Of a stretch of DNA of 64,000 nt, positions 63,332-64,000 are shown piece by piece. The notes under the pieces are model-generated. The model made no database searches. It was not told the origin of the DNA and was given only the letters and a program-made list of their open reading frames with translations. The DNA comes from Tubiluchus corallicola (taxonomy: Eukaryota; Animalia; Priapulida). Positions within the stretch are counted from its first letter, which is position 1, and each line of letters begins with the position of its first letter. The stretch lies in NCBI GenBank assembly GCA_030141605.1, contig JAQGDQ010000292.1, positions 1 through 64,000 of the forward strand. The letters run 5' to 3'. A program made the position numbers and the translations under genes.

Positions 63332-64000
63332 GTATTTCGCACTAAATGTAGTATTGCTATGGTTAAGCGCATGTGACGGCGTGAGTACTTGGGTCGTTTC
63401 CAATGTGACTTGAATGTTCTAGAAAATAGGTAATTGTAGTATAGACAACAAGTGCAATCACATTTGGGTGGTTGTAGCAGTTAAGTACCTTGCTCGCTAT
63501 TCACTGAGTGATTTGCCGTACTGTAGCTTCTTCGTTTGAGTAGCCGCCGACCTTGTTTGGATGGATAGAGTTGTCCGCTCAGAGTTGCCACTAAATAATT
63601 ACATTTTGAAGTCTAGATTAAGAATAAGGTCTAGATGCTTTCTGGAATACGAGATAACTGACTACTTTCTTTCCCCCCACTGTCTTTCTCCTGTGTTAAC
63701 ATTGTAACCAACTCACAGCAACAGCACTATAATACTGCTGGTGTCATTAAAGGAAAACAAGGTGATTTTTCATATCCTATCCCATTTTAGAGTACGGTCA
63801 AAACGTACAATTAGTACCAATAATACTGCAAAAGCATTTGTGATAATTAAATACTAGTATAAAATCTTGGCTGCACCGCGGGCGAGTCTGACTATTGATG
63901 ACATCACAAATGAATATAATTTTCAACAGCAAAAACATTCCATGAGCGTGTTACAAGTGTTTGCAAAAACGAAAATTGAAGTACTGTGCTATTGTAAGAG

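Overview
AT-rich animal (most likely invertebrate) genomic DNA with spliceosomal introns; no prokaryotic features. Genes, left to right: (1) first coding exon of an SLC7A L-type amino-acid transporter light chain (-, 7117-7588); (2) cytosolic tyrosyl-tRNA synthetase YARS1 in a single coding exon (+, 20526-22106); (3) U-box/RING E3 ligase UBOX5, also a single coding exon (+, 30730-32175); (4) a complete 11-exon heparanase (-, 32484-44203) tail-to-tail with UBOX5; (5) the photoreceptor zinc-finger gene glass (-, 47677-53258, 4 coding exons); (6) the 5' part of a secreted 4xEGF + F5/8C (discoidin) gene (+, from 59193 past the window end). Repeats include a gag-protease-only LTR element, a young 5'-truncated LINE with a ~980-codon ORF, CR1/L2/RTE relics, a non-autonomous Helitron, several MITEs and microsatellites. 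Two observations stand out. First, a 0.5-kb internally deleted RTE element has a 5' end that folds as a twister ribozyme starting at the predicted cleavage site. Second, YARS1 and UBOX5 are tandem intronless CDSs, each behind a splice acceptor with no evident promoter between them, which suggests a shared non-coding leader exon (as for vertebrate UBOX5/FASTKD5) or operon-like processing. All calls were made by eye; no database searches were run.
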